Under the pieces are notes generated by a model. That model worked only from the letters and a program-made list of their open reading frames with translations. It made no database searches and was not told the origin of the DNA. Shown here piece after piece: positions 39,691-50,902 of a DNA stretch of 64,000 bases (the stretch's first letter is position 1; every line of letters starts with the position of its first letter). Where the stretch lies: NCBI GenBank assembly GCA_048772705.1, contig JBLWGC010000002.1, positions 62,001 through 126,000 on the forward strand, in the 5' to 3' direction. The translations under genes and the position numbers were made by a program. The stretch comes from Leidyana gryllorum EB-2025a (Eukaryota > Protista > Apicomplexa).

Positions 39691-39869
39691 TGAGCGGTCA
39701 GGCGCAGTGAGGCAAAACGCGAAGGCAATGTTATGTCGCCGACATCCTTTTAGTCTTTTGTAAATAGATCAGAGCTAGTTGATAACTAATGAGCGACACG
39801 CCTATGTTGAGTAAGCCTATAGGAACCCCCGCAGCCTCGGAGGTTAACGTGAGCCATTCACACGGCTCA
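39691..39869 (+). repeat. 3' LTR
   Basis: Copy of 34939-35117, followed by TSD GCCCC. Confidence 0.95.
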
Positions 39870-40036
39870 GCCCCCTCCGAGAGGGTGGTCGCTTCGCTCA
39901 GCCGTCTGTGAGCGGCATTCGTAACAATCATCGCCGAATTTGACCTTTGGTGGCGATTTTGAATGAAAGAGGTTTCTTTTACGCCGCTGAACTCTCTCTG
40001 CAGTTTTTTTGACTGTTCTCTGCCCACTCGCAAGAG

Positions 40037-42286
40037 ATGTCAAGTGGAAGTCACCACTGTCAGCGCGGCCGGCGCGTCACTCGGTGGACGCCGTTCGTTT
40101 ACTCTCTGATGAGTGGACTGCTGAGCACAGAGACGGCGGCGATGGAAGTTGGAGAGAGTACTGAAGAGAGGAGGGAGGCGCCCGTGACCAATGCCAAAGG
40201 GCCCCCGACAGCGGTAGTGGATGAGGCAGCCGCCGTATGGAGACGGCTGTGGAACATTGAGAGCGAATTGGGGCGTCGCGATGGTCCGATAGACGGAGAG
40301 GTCGCGTTGGATTTGTCTCCTGGCCACTGGAAGATACTCGGGCGCGAGAAAGACGGAAGTGTCTCTTTTGTTGACCGCGAGGAGAGGTATCCAGCTTTGA
40401 CAGTGACAAGTTGCGGATCGGTTGTTGGGAGTGATGGGAAGTGTTGGAGAGTAAAGTTGAGTCGCGCGAGGATCGCAGAGTCGAGCGGACGTCTGATGAA
40501 TGAGCCGTCAGTCAAAGAGAGCGCCCCTGACGAGGCCTCCACGAGCACTGATGCGCCGGCGGAGTCATCGTCTCCGCGTCGCGAGGCCGACGTGCTGTCC
40601 GAACAGTTTTGGGGGATGTTTCCGGTGAAGTTTCTGCGTGCAACAACGAGAAGGGTCGCAGAGTATCTCCCCAAATGGCCGCGTTATGACAGTTTGAGGC
40701 TCGTTTTGGAGAAACTGAGCCAAATAGTCAGAGCCACAGATGACGCACTCGGCGCTGAACATGTGGACGGTGGTGAGGGCGCCGACGCCTCACACAACCG
40801 CCGCCTCCAAACAGAAGCGCTGAGAAACTTTCTGAAAGTGCTCAATGGCTGTCTGTGTCCCGGCGAGAATCAGGTGTCGAATTGCGTCGGCCCTTTCGAG
40901 TCATTCTGGTACGAGGCTGGCAGACTGATGGGTCACCCATTCCTCAAAGGCCACAAAGAGCTCAAAATCCCCTGCGGACAATTGATCAATTCGCTCTTTG
41001 CTCAGTCCTCCCACCTCTCCATCACCGTTCAGCGCACTCCCGGTGGGGCCGACTGTGTGTGGGCTCATATGGGATTGACCTGTGTCGATACCTCACCACC
41101 CCCTCGCGCGTTGCGACTGGTTAGAAAGGAGATTGGAGGTCAGTGGGTCGGCTACGCTGTGATCGCGGCTCACAATCCGTACCACAAACCGACACTCCAT
41201 CACCGGTGGGTAATCGTAAAGAAACTGGAAGGTGACGAAATCACTATGTGGCGGGGAGTCAAACTGAGTGATGGGTCTGAAGAGTTCGCGAACTCTCACT
41301 CCGTCGGACATTGGATCTCTCTTCACGACTTTGAGGCCATTGAGGCACATTACAACGGGACTTCGGATCTCTCCGACCCCAACGGCCAGCGAGAACACCC
41401 GGTCGACATAATGATTGCGTATCTCAAAAAGTGGCCCGAAGAGAATGCAAACCTATGGAGCTTTTATGAGGGACCATGGCAGGAGGGCAGCAGACACTCG
41501 GATCCGCAATACCGAGATGCAATGGCACAGAGTATCTACGACCAACTGCACCCCGTCGTGGTGGTCCATAATCGACTACGGATGGGCACACTCTTCGCAC
41601 AAAACGAAAACAGGAGACAGTGGAAACGCGGAGTCAGGGGATCCGTAATCCCCCGAGAGGGCAGACGACGAATCGCCTATCCCGGACCTCTCCTCTTTCT
41701 GGAACAACTGAAGCTAAGCGCAGCTGCGAATTACTCCGCAGGATTGCCAGTGTGCGAAACGATGAAGCCATACCACCTGCCCAGGCCACACCCACCTGCG
41801 AATGTCTCACACCTGCTCCAAAGCGCAACAGATCCGTCGTCAACCTCGGGTGGATCATCATTGGCCACCTTCAGAGATCACCTGCGCGCCCAACAAGTGC
41901 CTTATGCGACAAACGAGTCGCGGGGGGCCCGGTGGCGGAAGTTTATCGAAAGTCGCCTGGCCTGCGAATTCGAGCAAGCGAAGCGGATAGCTCAGCACCG
42001 AGCCATTGGACGTCTTCAGCAGGGGGGACATACGGCTCAGCCGCACTCTGGAACCGCTCCACCGCTGCTGCCGTTGCCACCAGGACTCGTCATACCGCTC
42101 CTCCCCACCTGGCCGATACCCTTCATACCGATACCACCGATACTACAACCGATCCCACAACAGGTACCACCACCGATACCACAACAGGTACCACCACCGA
42201 TACCACAACAGGTGCCACCACCGATGCCACCACCGATACCCCCGCAACAGCCGCGGGCACTATGGCAGCCGTGGAAAGATGATTGA
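40037..42286 (+). CDS. Array paralog P7 (749 aa)
   Basis: Leader MSSGSHHCQR...WTPFVYSLMSG; core RLVRKEIGGQWVGYAV; PIPQQVPP x3; ends LWQPWKDD-stop. Confidence 0.9.
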   Translation: MSSGSHHCQRGRRVTRWTPFVYSLMSGLLSTETAAMEVGESTEERREAPVTNAKGPPTAVVDEAAAVWRRLWNIESELGRRDGPIDGEVALDLSPGHWKILGREKDGSVSFVDREERYPALTVTSCGSVVGSDGKCWRVKLSRARIAESSGRLMNEPSVKESAPDEASTSTDAPAESSSPRREADVLSEQFWGMFPVKFLRATTRRVAEYLPKWPRYDSLRLVLEKLSQIVRATDDALGAEHVDGGEGADASHNRRLQTEALRNFLKVLNGCLCPGENQVSNCVGPFESFWYEAGRLMGHPFLKGHKELKIPCGQLINSLFAQSSHLSITVQRTPGGADCVWAHMGLTCVDTSPPPRALRLVRKEIGGQWVGYAVIAAHNPYHKPTLHHRWVIVKKLEGDEITMWRGVKLSDGSEEFANSHSVGHWISLHDFEAIEAHYNGTSDLSDPNGQREHPVDIMIAYLKKWPEENANLWSFYEGPWQEGSRHSDPQYRDAMAQSIYDQLHPVVVVHNRLRMGTLFAQNENRRQWKRGVRGSVIPREGRRRIAYPGPLLFLEQLKLSAAANYSAGLPVCETMKPYHLPRPHPPANVSHLLQSATDPSSTSGGSSLATFRDHLRAQQVPYATNESRGARWRKFIESRLACEFEQAKRIAQHRAIGRLQQGGHTAQPHSGTAPPLLPLPPGLVIPLLPTWPIPFIPIPPILQPIPQQVPPPIPQQVPPPIPQQVPPPMPPPIPPQQPRALWQPWKDD

Positions 42287-42929
42287 ATCAAGGTGCAACA
42301 CCAACTACGGAAACCAGCAGCTTCCCTCCCCCACAATTTTTCAGCAACTCATCTGTGGTTCGGCAAGCAATGTCCTGTCCACCACAGAGATCAAGTCGAC
42401 TGACATTTCTAATCACCCACCAATCAGGGGTGTCGCAGTGAACCAAACTCAATTCGGTACTCCGATCGTCTTCAAGCATCAGACTTTTGCGACCTTATCA
42501 GACACGCTGAGCCTCTGAAGTAAATTTTGTGTGCAAATACATCGGATTTGCCCTTGTTTCATGTTGTCTGCTGTGACACCAGTAGCTATAGGGATATGTA
42601 TGTACACTCATAACCACTTTCTGCACTTTGACCAATGAGGAAGTCACATGGCCACAGCGGTATGTGGCGGTGACCCACGTTTCGCAAAGCAAAATCGGAT
42701 CAATGAGTATCTGATGGCGTCTCCGCCGGCCGGCACAAGACACACAGTACACACACACTGCTGAAGACTGACTACGCAGAATCGAAAGGATGCAAAGTAC
42801 CAAAGAATGCAGCCAGGAACGCTATTAAGTTAAACAGTCGAGCAGACCGTCCGGAAGGCGACATGATTGGATATTATAGTGATGGATCCTTCAATTTTGG
42901 CTATCATCCAAGCCAATTGCAGCGTTGGG

Positions 42930-43430
42930 ATGACGAGCCGGGGGTATTATCACAAACGACCCTGTGTGCCCTCCTCCACTCAATGGACGTCTCTAATTCA
43001 CTATCTGATGAGCGGACCCGCAGGCGGAGCGGCTTGACACAAAGTGGGAGAGAGAGCTGTCACATGTCGAAGGGGTGGATTTCCGAAGGGACTCGGCAGC
43101 GGGAATAGCAGCAGTATGGGATCGTTTGTGGGACTTTACGGACGCAGTCCCACGGAGCCGTGGCAGGCTGAAGGATCTCAAGATCCCTCTGCCCGCTGAC
43201 GTTTGGACACAGGTTCCAAGCGGGAAGAATGGAATGTGTGCTTAACAAAAAGATTTCTCACCTTTAGGATGAGAGGGCGGTGTCCTGACGCGACGGTCAC
43301 CTTGGGGACGTTGCCACTGCACATTGTCACAGCATCTGCAATGCGAATTCTGGACTTCTCTACCCAAGGGGCCACGTTCAGAGCCTCTGAGAGTGGTGCT
43401 GGAGAAGCCGAGTCAGTTGACCCCCATGCC
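42930..43430 (+). pseudogene. Decayed ninth copy of the array family
   Basis: ATG 42930 gives MTSRGYYHKRPCVPSSTQWTSLIHYLMSGPAGGAA-stop (TGA 43035-43037). Other frames give AAVWDRLWD and LKDLKIPLPADVW (compare P8 AALWDRLW, VKDLKLRLPADIW) and LPKGPRSEPLRVVLEK (compare P8 WPRSEPLKRVLE). The 3' limit is approximate. Confidence 0.85.
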
Positions 43431-43659
43431 AGTGAGGGAAAGCACAAACTTTCTGAGGATCTTGAGATACCTCGCCCAGCAGGACCCATCCCCCCTCAGA
43501 TACACACAGACCAGAGAACATCAGTCCGAGAATTCAGACTCGACGTACAGTATCGAAAGGACGCGGTGTATTCCGGAGGTGAAGAAAGTATTCAGGTGGC
43601 GGGTGATAGCTAACGGATGAATTTTTTTTGGCCTGGAGACTGGCAGGGTTTCCATCAAG

Positions 43660-46062
43660 ATGGCGAGTCGAGTTCACCACCCACAACGACGCCGAACGAT
43701 TTCGGCTGCTCGATGGACGCCTCTGGTCTATTGCCTTATGAGCGGACCCGCGACGACTACTACACAGAGTGTGGTGGATGAATCTGGTTTCATAGAGTAT
43801 CGAGGATGCACCGCGGACGAGGTAGCAGCACTATGGGACCGTCTGTGGCGGCTTCGCAGGCAATTCAGCCGAGTTGTCGATTGGGTGAAAGACCTCAAGT
43901 TGCGTTTGCCTGCCGATATTTGGGAAGAGGCCTGGTGCCCGAGCACGAAATCGCCTGTGGTTGTGGACCGAAAGCTGTCTCATCCGCTCTTGAGAGTTGG
44001 CAAGTGTAAGAAGGTGGTGGGGAGTGACGGAAAGCGATACTTGGAGGTGACAGTGAGCTATCACAATCTGAAAGTCTCCATCGAAGACCTGAAAGCCGGC
44101 AAGAAGGCACCAGGTGTTCCTGAGACGAATCATGATGAGGCGTCCACAAGTACTCAGGCCACGACGACTTTGCAGCCCGGTGACTCGGCAGTCTCGGATT
44201 CGCCCGAGCCCCCGTCAGCTGTCGACTACTTTTCTCCATCTTATTGGGCAAGGTTGCCACTGCTTTTCACCAGAATACCTGCCTGGAGGATTATGGAGTA
44301 TCTACACACCTGGCCACGTTCAGAGCCTTTAAAAAGGGTGCTGGAGCAGCTGAATAAGATGATGATCGAAACGGACAGGAAATATCACACCTGGGACAAA
44401 GTCTTCAGCGTTGAGGAGGCGCGCGCCGCTCAATTGTACAAGTTGAAGAGGCGACCAAACGAAGAACTGACGAGCCCAACTCTCTTGCAGTTGATACATT
44501 CCATCGTGACCGACCCCACCTTGAGCACCACGCAAGCCGATCCCTTCAAGTCTTTCTGGTCAACGGCCCAGAGAATGATGACTCAAAAGGCGACAAAAGA
44601 GAATACAGCGCTGAGATCAGCGTGCAGATGGTTACTAACTGCCACCTTCAATCAATCCGGATTGCTGTCCCTGAAGCGTCAGCAAAGTGCGGACGGTGTG
44701 GATTGTGTGCGTGTGCAACTCGGATCGCACAATGTTGGTGAGTTAAGCGATCAGGCGGTGAGATTGGTGAGAAAGAAGATTGGAGATGAGTGGGTTGGCT
44801 ACGCTGTGGTTGCGACTCGGTATGGTGGCTTGTCGACGAGAATGAACCCCGTTCTGTTGATCAAGAAGCTTGAGGGTGACGAGATCACTATGTGGCGGGG
44901 TGTCAAGTTGAGCGACGGGTGTGAAGAGTATTCTAATCATCATTGCCCTGGGCATTGGATCTCTCTGGAGAGTTTTGAGTCGATTGAGGCTCATCACAAC
45001 GGGACTTTGGATCTCTCTGAGGGCGATGCAAAGAATCAGTACCCAAGTGACATTATGATGACATATCTGCGGAATTGGCCCGAAGAGAATGAAAAGATTT
45101 TGAGTTACTGTGAACAACGGCAACAGGAAATTGAGACCATACAATCCCCACGTCACCGACGAAAGTTGCGCAGCGCGTTGTTCGCGGATCTGTCACCGTT
45201 TGTTGCGATACACAATCTGCTGCGGATGGGTACCTTGACAACGGGAGTAGGAGTGAAAGAGAAGTGGCAGCAAGAAATGGCGAAATTAACCGATGGTTTA
45301 TCACTGGAAGCTCCCTCCTCCTGGAATGAACTCGTGGAGGCACTGAGTGAGCGCATGGCAAAGACTGAGCACACCATGGGGCTGCCAGTCTGCGCAAGTG
45401 ATAAGATCCTTACGGGTACTGGCAGTCGTCCACCGCCAGGGGCTCCCCCCACCGCTGGAGAAGAAAAGGAAACTCATCAACAGTGGCGATCTTTAGCCTT
45501 TGATACTCTTCCGTCCCAAAGACGGTCACAGCCGAAGCCCTACGATCGAGTGGACATGCAGAACCAATCGCCTTCCAGAAAGGAGGCGAGACAGCAGGCA
45601 GCCCGCCAGTTGGAAACCCCGATGGCTTTGCATCCGTATCAGCTTGGGGCCTATGGGGCTCAGTGGCATCAGCTTGGGGCCTATGGGGCTCAGTGGCAGC
45701 CGCCGTTGGCTCCAGAAGGACTGAGCCAACTGTTGGTCGATTTGCTGCGGGCGCCGGCTGGTCCCTCAGCATTCCAATGGCGACCATTGCAGCTGGAGCC
45801 GCAGCCGGGCCCGTCAGGATTGCAGCTGGAGCCGCAGCCGGGCCCGTCAGGATTGCAGCTGGAGCCGCAGCCGGGCCCGTCAGGATTGCAGCTGGAGCCG
45901 CAGCCGGGCCCGTCAGGATTGCAGCTGGAGCCGCAGCCGGGCCCGTCAGGATTGCAGCGCCAACCCGGCGGCGCAGCGCCCCCCCAACAGCGGCTTCCAG
46001 AGCCACAGCGGGAGGCGCGTCCGGCTCGTCCGGGTCTATGGCAGCCGTGGAAAGACTTTTGA
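43660..46062 (+). CDS. Array paralog P8 (800 aa)
   Basis: Leader MASRVHHPQR...WTPLVYCLMSG; core RLVRKKIGDEWVGYAV; RRSQPKPYDR; LSQLLVDLL; ends LWQPWKDF-stop. Confidence 0.9.
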   Translation: MASRVHHPQRRRTISAARWTPLVYCLMSGPATTTTQSVVDESGFIEYRGCTADEVAALWDRLWRLRRQFSRVVDWVKDLKLRLPADIWEEAWCPSTKSPVVVDRKLSHPLLRVGKCKKVVGSDGKRYLEVTVSYHNLKVSIEDLKAGKKAPGVPETNHDEASTSTQATTTLQPGDSAVSDSPEPPSAVDYFSPSYWARLPLLFTRIPAWRIMEYLHTWPRSEPLKRVLEQLNKMMIETDRKYHTWDKVFSVEEARAAQLYKLKRRPNEELTSPTLLQLIHSIVTDPTLSTTQADPFKSFWSTAQRMMTQKATKENTALRSACRWLLTATFNQSGLLSLKRQQSADGVDCVRVQLGSHNVGELSDQAVRLVRKKIGDEWVGYAVVATRYGGLSTRMNPVLLIKKLEGDEITMWRGVKLSDGCEEYSNHHCPGHWISLESFESIEAHHNGTLDLSEGDAKNQYPSDIMMTYLRNWPEENEKILSYCEQRQQEIETIQSPRHRRKLRSALFADLSPFVAIHNLLRMGTLTTGVGVKEKWQQEMAKLTDGLSLEAPSSWNELVEALSERMAKTEHTMGLPVCASDKILTGTGSRPPPGAPPTAGEEKETHQQWRSLAFDTLPSQRRSQPKPYDRVDMQNQSPSRKEARQQAARQLETPMALHPYQLGAYGAQWHQLGAYGAQWQPPLAPEGLSQLLVDLLRAPAGPSAFQWRPLQLEPQPGPSGLQLEPQPGPSGLQLEPQPGPSGLQLEPQPGPSGLQLEPQPGPSGLQRQPGGAAPPQQRLPEPQREARPARPGLWQPWKDF
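45787..45957 (+). repeat. 33-bp perfect tandem repeat x5 (LQLEPQPGPSG) in the P8 tail
   Basis: TTGCAGCTGGAGCCGCAGCCGGGCCCGTCAGGA repeated 5 times plus a partial copy. Confidence 0.95.
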
Positions 46063-46133
46063 GATGAATTTCGAAGCTCGGCTCCCATCCGGCAAGCGTA
46101 ATCGGAAGGCCGAGTACGTTGGTTGCCCTCATT

Positions 46134-49100
46134 TCACGGCTTTGGAGCGGTGGTGTGTAACTTGGCATAGAATTTGCTCGTGGCTGGGGGGAGGCCAAAG
46201 TATTCTGGGGGCGAGTTTCCGTCCAGATCGAGTAGATTAGTGAATTGTTCGGCGGTTAGCATATCTGGCGTAGGAGTAGTGGTTTTCCGAACTTGTTCAA
46301 GATCGTGTTCCAACATGTCAATAACTGTATGTTGATCTTCGAGAACCCTTTCCAGTCGGCGGCAGGACATGAGAACGGACACCAAATCGGTTTGTTCGTT
46401 TTCGTCCATATTGCTGTAGAAATAGGCCAATTCTCCAACAGACATGAAGGGTGACCTGTGGTAGAGAGAGAAGGATGAAAGATTGAGTTGGCAGGACGTA
46501 CGTTCTGGGGCGTAGAATGCCTCCGGATCCGTGAAAGCGTCGACTTCTTCGTACTCCGAATTGGTCTGATGCTTCTTTCATTCGCATGGGGTCCTTGACG
46601 AGTGCGCCTCCCCGGAAGGCAGGTTGTGCTCCGGCACTGATGAGTGCATTATGGGTTCCCATTTTTGGGGGCAGAGGGGAGGTGAGTCTGTGTGGCTCTG
46701 TGGGGAATTCGTCGACGTAATAGGGTATTATTTTGTCCTGGCCGTCCTGTATGGATCTTTTATTCAAAGCTCGGATCTGACGTTCCAATTCCAGCCAGGC
46801 AGATTCTCCGTGAGCCGAGCGGCCGCCGCCCGGCTGCGCCAATGTCAGTAATCGGGAGCTCGGGAAGTTATCCATTGCTTCCAGATCGCTATCTGAGTCT
46901 GGAGGTCTTCGTCCGACGACATCGACAAAGCCAATATCTCTTTTGAGTCCCTGGGCGACTGCCGATCGGGTTCTATCATCTCCACTTGGGCCCCCTTGGG
47001 CTCTGGAGATTCTCGGAGGCCCTGGATGGGGTATGACAGTCCCGAGCTGAGACCTTCGACGCTCGTCCTGCCCGGTTCCGGTCTCCATTGGAGCTATGAG
47101 TTGCATTGATGGTCTGTGTCCAGGCGGAGGCGGCGCAGAGTGGTCCGTGGGGGGAGCATTGGGTTGTTGAGTAGTCTTGTTGGGACAAATACTCGGAAGG
47201 CTTTTGAGTTGGTCCAATACGTGTTCGAGACTGGATCCCGGTTCAGAGAGTTCCCCCAACTCACTGGCTAACTCGACGCAGCACTCACTGCGGGCAGTGT
47301 CATAATTGGAAGTGGGTTCCCGATCTGTGACTTGGAGATGATTGTCCTTTTTCTTTGACTCTTTCGGAGGGGGGCCAAAGCTCAACATTGTCTCTCCCGG
47401 TTCGTCCTCGTCCCCACCTGACCGCTTTCCCAGCGGCAGAGGTGCCTCGACCTGACCCAAACAGCGTCCACTGAGCGGGAAGGATTCGATCGATCAATTT
47501 TTCAGCTCGCATCGAGTCTCACCTCGCATCAAAGGCCAACAGTGCGGTCTCTTGGACGTGTGGGATTGTGATGGGTTCGCAGGGACTCGCCTGAGTGATC
47601 ATTTTTCTTTCACAGCAAATGGACTCACTTTGATGGATTCGAGCGCTTTGTCACATTCCTCGACCATTCCTTCTCCATCACAACAGGTTGTGATGCCTGC
47701 CAAGAGGTTCTCGAGATTATTGGCCAAAGAAGACGCCTTCTGCATGCTGTGATACACACCGGTCGTTAGCTCCATCGCCCGTTTCGGACCCATTGGTCGT
47801 TCCTGCAACTTGTTTTCAACGTGTTCCAACTGGGCCGCCTGAGCCAATATCTGTTCAGTCATTTTCCGATGATCTTCTCGACGTTGGGCCACCAACTGAG
47901 TATTTCGGGCCTCAGCTTTGTGCAGCGCGGCTTCAAACTTCTTCGCTAAACTGTGAATCCGCTCCTTCTTCTCATTCGACTTCACTTCTCTCTTCTGCAA
48001 ATGACGCACCAAACGCATCAGCGTCTCGCGGAAATTCCCCTCGCTGTCTCCCACAGCGCCCTCCAACAGAGCCTTTAGGCTTCGGCGACTCTGACGACCC
48101 GATCCCGGCGTCGACGGAGCGTCCGACGCGCCACTCTGCAAATCGCGGGGAGACAAATGGAGAGTCAGATTGGCCGGTGGCGGCCCCACGGCCGCAGAAC
48201 GCTGCTCGGGTCCTCCCGCAGGCATCACCTTCACAGGCGGACCAATAATTTGTTGTTGTCCCCCTTTGGGCGGCGACATTGGCGGTGGCCCCGACACCTT
48301 TGCAGCCGCCGAGCCTTTAGCAGCAGCGACGCCTGCGTCTCTGTTACCACCCGGCGGCCCCGCCGCGGGCGGTCCGCCCTTCGCTTTCCCTGGGGAGGCC
48401 GGCATTGGAGACTTTGGCGCGGCCGGAGACGGCATCTTCGCCCCCGCCTCCGCCTTTGGACCCATTTTTGGCGAAGGGCCTCCGGGCGGGGGGCCCGCTT
48501 TGGTCTGTGGGGGCTCACCCTTTGTTGGAGGACCGCCCTTTGGGGGGCCGCCGGCCTTGCCCGGCGGGGGTCCCTTGGCTCCGCCTTCCTGTGGTTTGCT
48601 GCTCGGCGGAGGCGGTGTGGACCCCTTCGATGGCATTCCAGGAGGCGGTGCCCCTTTCGGTGGGCCCGGAGGCTGGAGATTGGGTGGAGGCATTTGTTTG
48701 GGGGGCATTTGTCCGGGGAGCGGCCCCCCTTTGGGTGGACCCGCGTCTTTCGTCGTCTTAGCCGCTGGGGGAGGCGCTCCTTTGGACGAAGGCGTCGGGG
48801 GAGCTTTCATAAGAGAGAGATCTGGCGGTGGTAACCCATCCCGGGATGGTGGAGGCGACCCGCCACCTCTCTCTGGAGGGGGCATATTCTTGAGAGGCGG
48901 CATCTCAGCCTTCCCAGGCGGCGGTCCTGCGGCAGCACCGGCTGGCAGAGGCTTCGCGACAGCTTTCATAGTGTCCACTTTGACTCCCGGCGGCGGAGGA
49001 CTCGAGAGTGGGGGTCCGGGTCCCTTTGTGCCGGGCGGCGGCAGATTACCCTTTGGAGGCGGCGGCTGACCCGAAAGTGGCATCGGAGCGTCTTTGGACT

Positions 49101-49464
49101 TAGGCAGAGGTCCCGGTGGCGGTGTCGATGTTGGTGCGGCTGGTGGTGGCTTTTGTGTAGCATTCGGGGGAAGTGTAGGGGGGCCTTTGGAAGGGGTGGG
49201 AGGAGGAGGTTGAACATTCATTGCGGGGGGTGGGGCTGCTTCTGGGCGCTTGACAGGGGAAGAGGGAGGGCCGAGAGGTGGTGCCGAGCCTGGGGGGAGG
49301 GCAGTCATTGGTCCGAGTTTCTTCTTGACGATCATTTTGATTTTGGCTGGCCCCTCACCACCTGGCTGAAGACGAACGCCGGGCATGGTACCCCGTTTCA
49401 TTATAAGTACTTTCTTGCCACCAACCATTTTGGTGGCCACGGCATCTTTCATGTTTATTGACAT
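46134..49464 (-). CDS. Proline-rich, coiled-coil hypothetical protein, 4 exons (49464-47629, 47590-47523, 47470-46502, 46455-46134)
   Basis: Three GT-AG introns of 38, 52 and 46 nt join the 621-, 380- and 103-aa ORFs in frame. Confidence 0.75.
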
Positions 49465-49513
49465 CGCTCACAGATGACGCAGCACGAAAGGTGCACCCCT
49501 TCTTTGATATCAC

Positions 49514-50139
49514 TCAACGACGAACAGGAGGTAACTTGTGATACTTGATCACCTCATACTCTTCGTACACATCCTGCTCCTTCGGCTTGCACAGACACAG
49601 CCAACTGCATTCCGGCCAAAAGAGCACAGACAGAATGGTACCCTGAAAGAGACAAGGAGGTGGGATCATGCATGGGAGACTGGCTGCTTTTGCTTACCTT
49701 GATGACCAAGATCAGCCAAGAGAGCAATATAGTGGTCACGTAAAGCCCATAAGTGGGTTTAGTTAATTGCCTCCATTCAGCACTAAACCATCGGGAAGCT
49801 GTTGGTGACAAGGAAGAATTAAAGCGTGTGCGTGGGGGTGTGTGTGCGGTAGGCCGCGGTGCTTACGCCAATATAAGAGGAAGGCTACATCTTGGATACA
49901 TGATAAGACTACGAAGGCCATTATATACTTGTATTGGCGCTAAAGGGGCGACGATAGAGGTCGGTTGCGCGCTTCAAGATTTTACCCACCCATCGGCGTT
50001 CATACGGAATCGAATCGAACGTCCACCATAGAAAAGCGAACAATGGAAGGTTGTAATCAGCCCTTATTAGACAAGTGACAGCCGATAGGATAACAATGGA
50101 CGCGAATAGCGTCTTGATTGATCCCACTGTGCACTGCAT
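49514..50139 (-). CDS. Small multi-pass (about 4 TM) membrane protein, 4 exons, possibly AGTRAP-like
   Basis: Spliced translation MQCTVG...RADYNLPLFAFLWW...RQYKYIMAFVVLSCIQDVAFLLYWPSRWF...ILLSWLILVIK|GTILSVLFW...PPVRR-stop, using GTGGGT/GTAAGC donors. Confidence 0.65.
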
Positions 50140-50167
50140 TTTTTAAGGCACGTGCAACACATTTGAT

Positions 50168-50682
50168 ATGAGCGACAATACCTGCTATCTGATTTGGGAA
50201 CTCCAGCATAATGGCACTCTGACGTGTCTCTATGCGCGGAATGCACCTTCGTCCTACCTGGCAGAGGCGACTGCGCCCCAACCCTTCCCGGCTCACAAGT
50301 TCCAAGGCAGCGGGAAACAGCAGATTCGTACCAAAGCCTCAGTTAGTTCTAATTCATGATAGAGAAAGCAGTTATTGTTTGATTGCAGGCCGCTAAAGAC
50401 TACTATCAATCCTGGTGCGAGTGGCTTCGGGCTATGGGCCGCGCCAACGCCAAAGTCTCAGTTCCACAAGACCTATCCAACTCTCCGCATCCACTAAAAG
50501 TGGTGCTGCACGGCCGGGACAATCGTGTCACAGTACATACGGGAGGTGTCTTCACTCTGGAAGGCTGTGATGCTGTTGCCGTCTGCCATCCATCCACAAT
50601 GGACTTTAACTCTCCAAGTATGAATCTCGATCAATTCAACGAGAAGGCCAGACGCCAATCTGGATGCATCGGTCTTCCTTGA
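50168..50682 (+). CDS. Immune mapped protein 2 (IMP2)-like protein, 2 exons (50168-50341, 50389-50682)
   Basis: A 47-nt GTTAGT...TTGCAG intron joins the two ORFs in frame. CYLIWE..NGTL, HKFQGSGK, KDYYQSWCEWLR and DAVAV resemble apicomplexan IMP1/IMP2 motifs as I recall them. Confidence 0.7.
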
Positions 50683-50902
50683 AGAATGAAGACCGTCACT
50701 CTTTTGAATCCAACGCAACCGAACCCCCAAACTCCAGTCAGACCACCAACACCTTCTCAACCTCTATCTGTTCGGGACAGACAGACGGAGGATGGTCGTA
50801 GTAGTTAGTTACTGGCTTCAGGGACCATCGCTCGCTCGGTGAGTCAGTATTGGCCCAGCAGTGGACCGGGCGGCGTTGGCGCCCCGTAAATAAACAGTTA
50901 CA

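Larger units (their letters stand above)
34939..39869 (+). mobile_element. Full-length Ty3/Gypsy LTR retrotransposon (4931 bp)
   Basis: Two 179-bp LTRs with TGAGC...GCTCA ends; 5-bp TSD GCCCC (34934-34938 and 39870-39874); PBS and PPT present; PR-RT-RH-IN domain order. Confidence 0.97.

Noticed and set aside
45787-45957. 33-bp repeats as a CRISPR array
   Set aside because: The units are contiguous with no spacers, are in frame within a CDS, and the context is eukaryotic with no cas genes.
47599-49464. Formin (FH1) or collagen call for the Pro-rich ORF
   Set aside because: No FH2 domain in the spliced downstream exons and no sustained Gly-X-Y periodicity.
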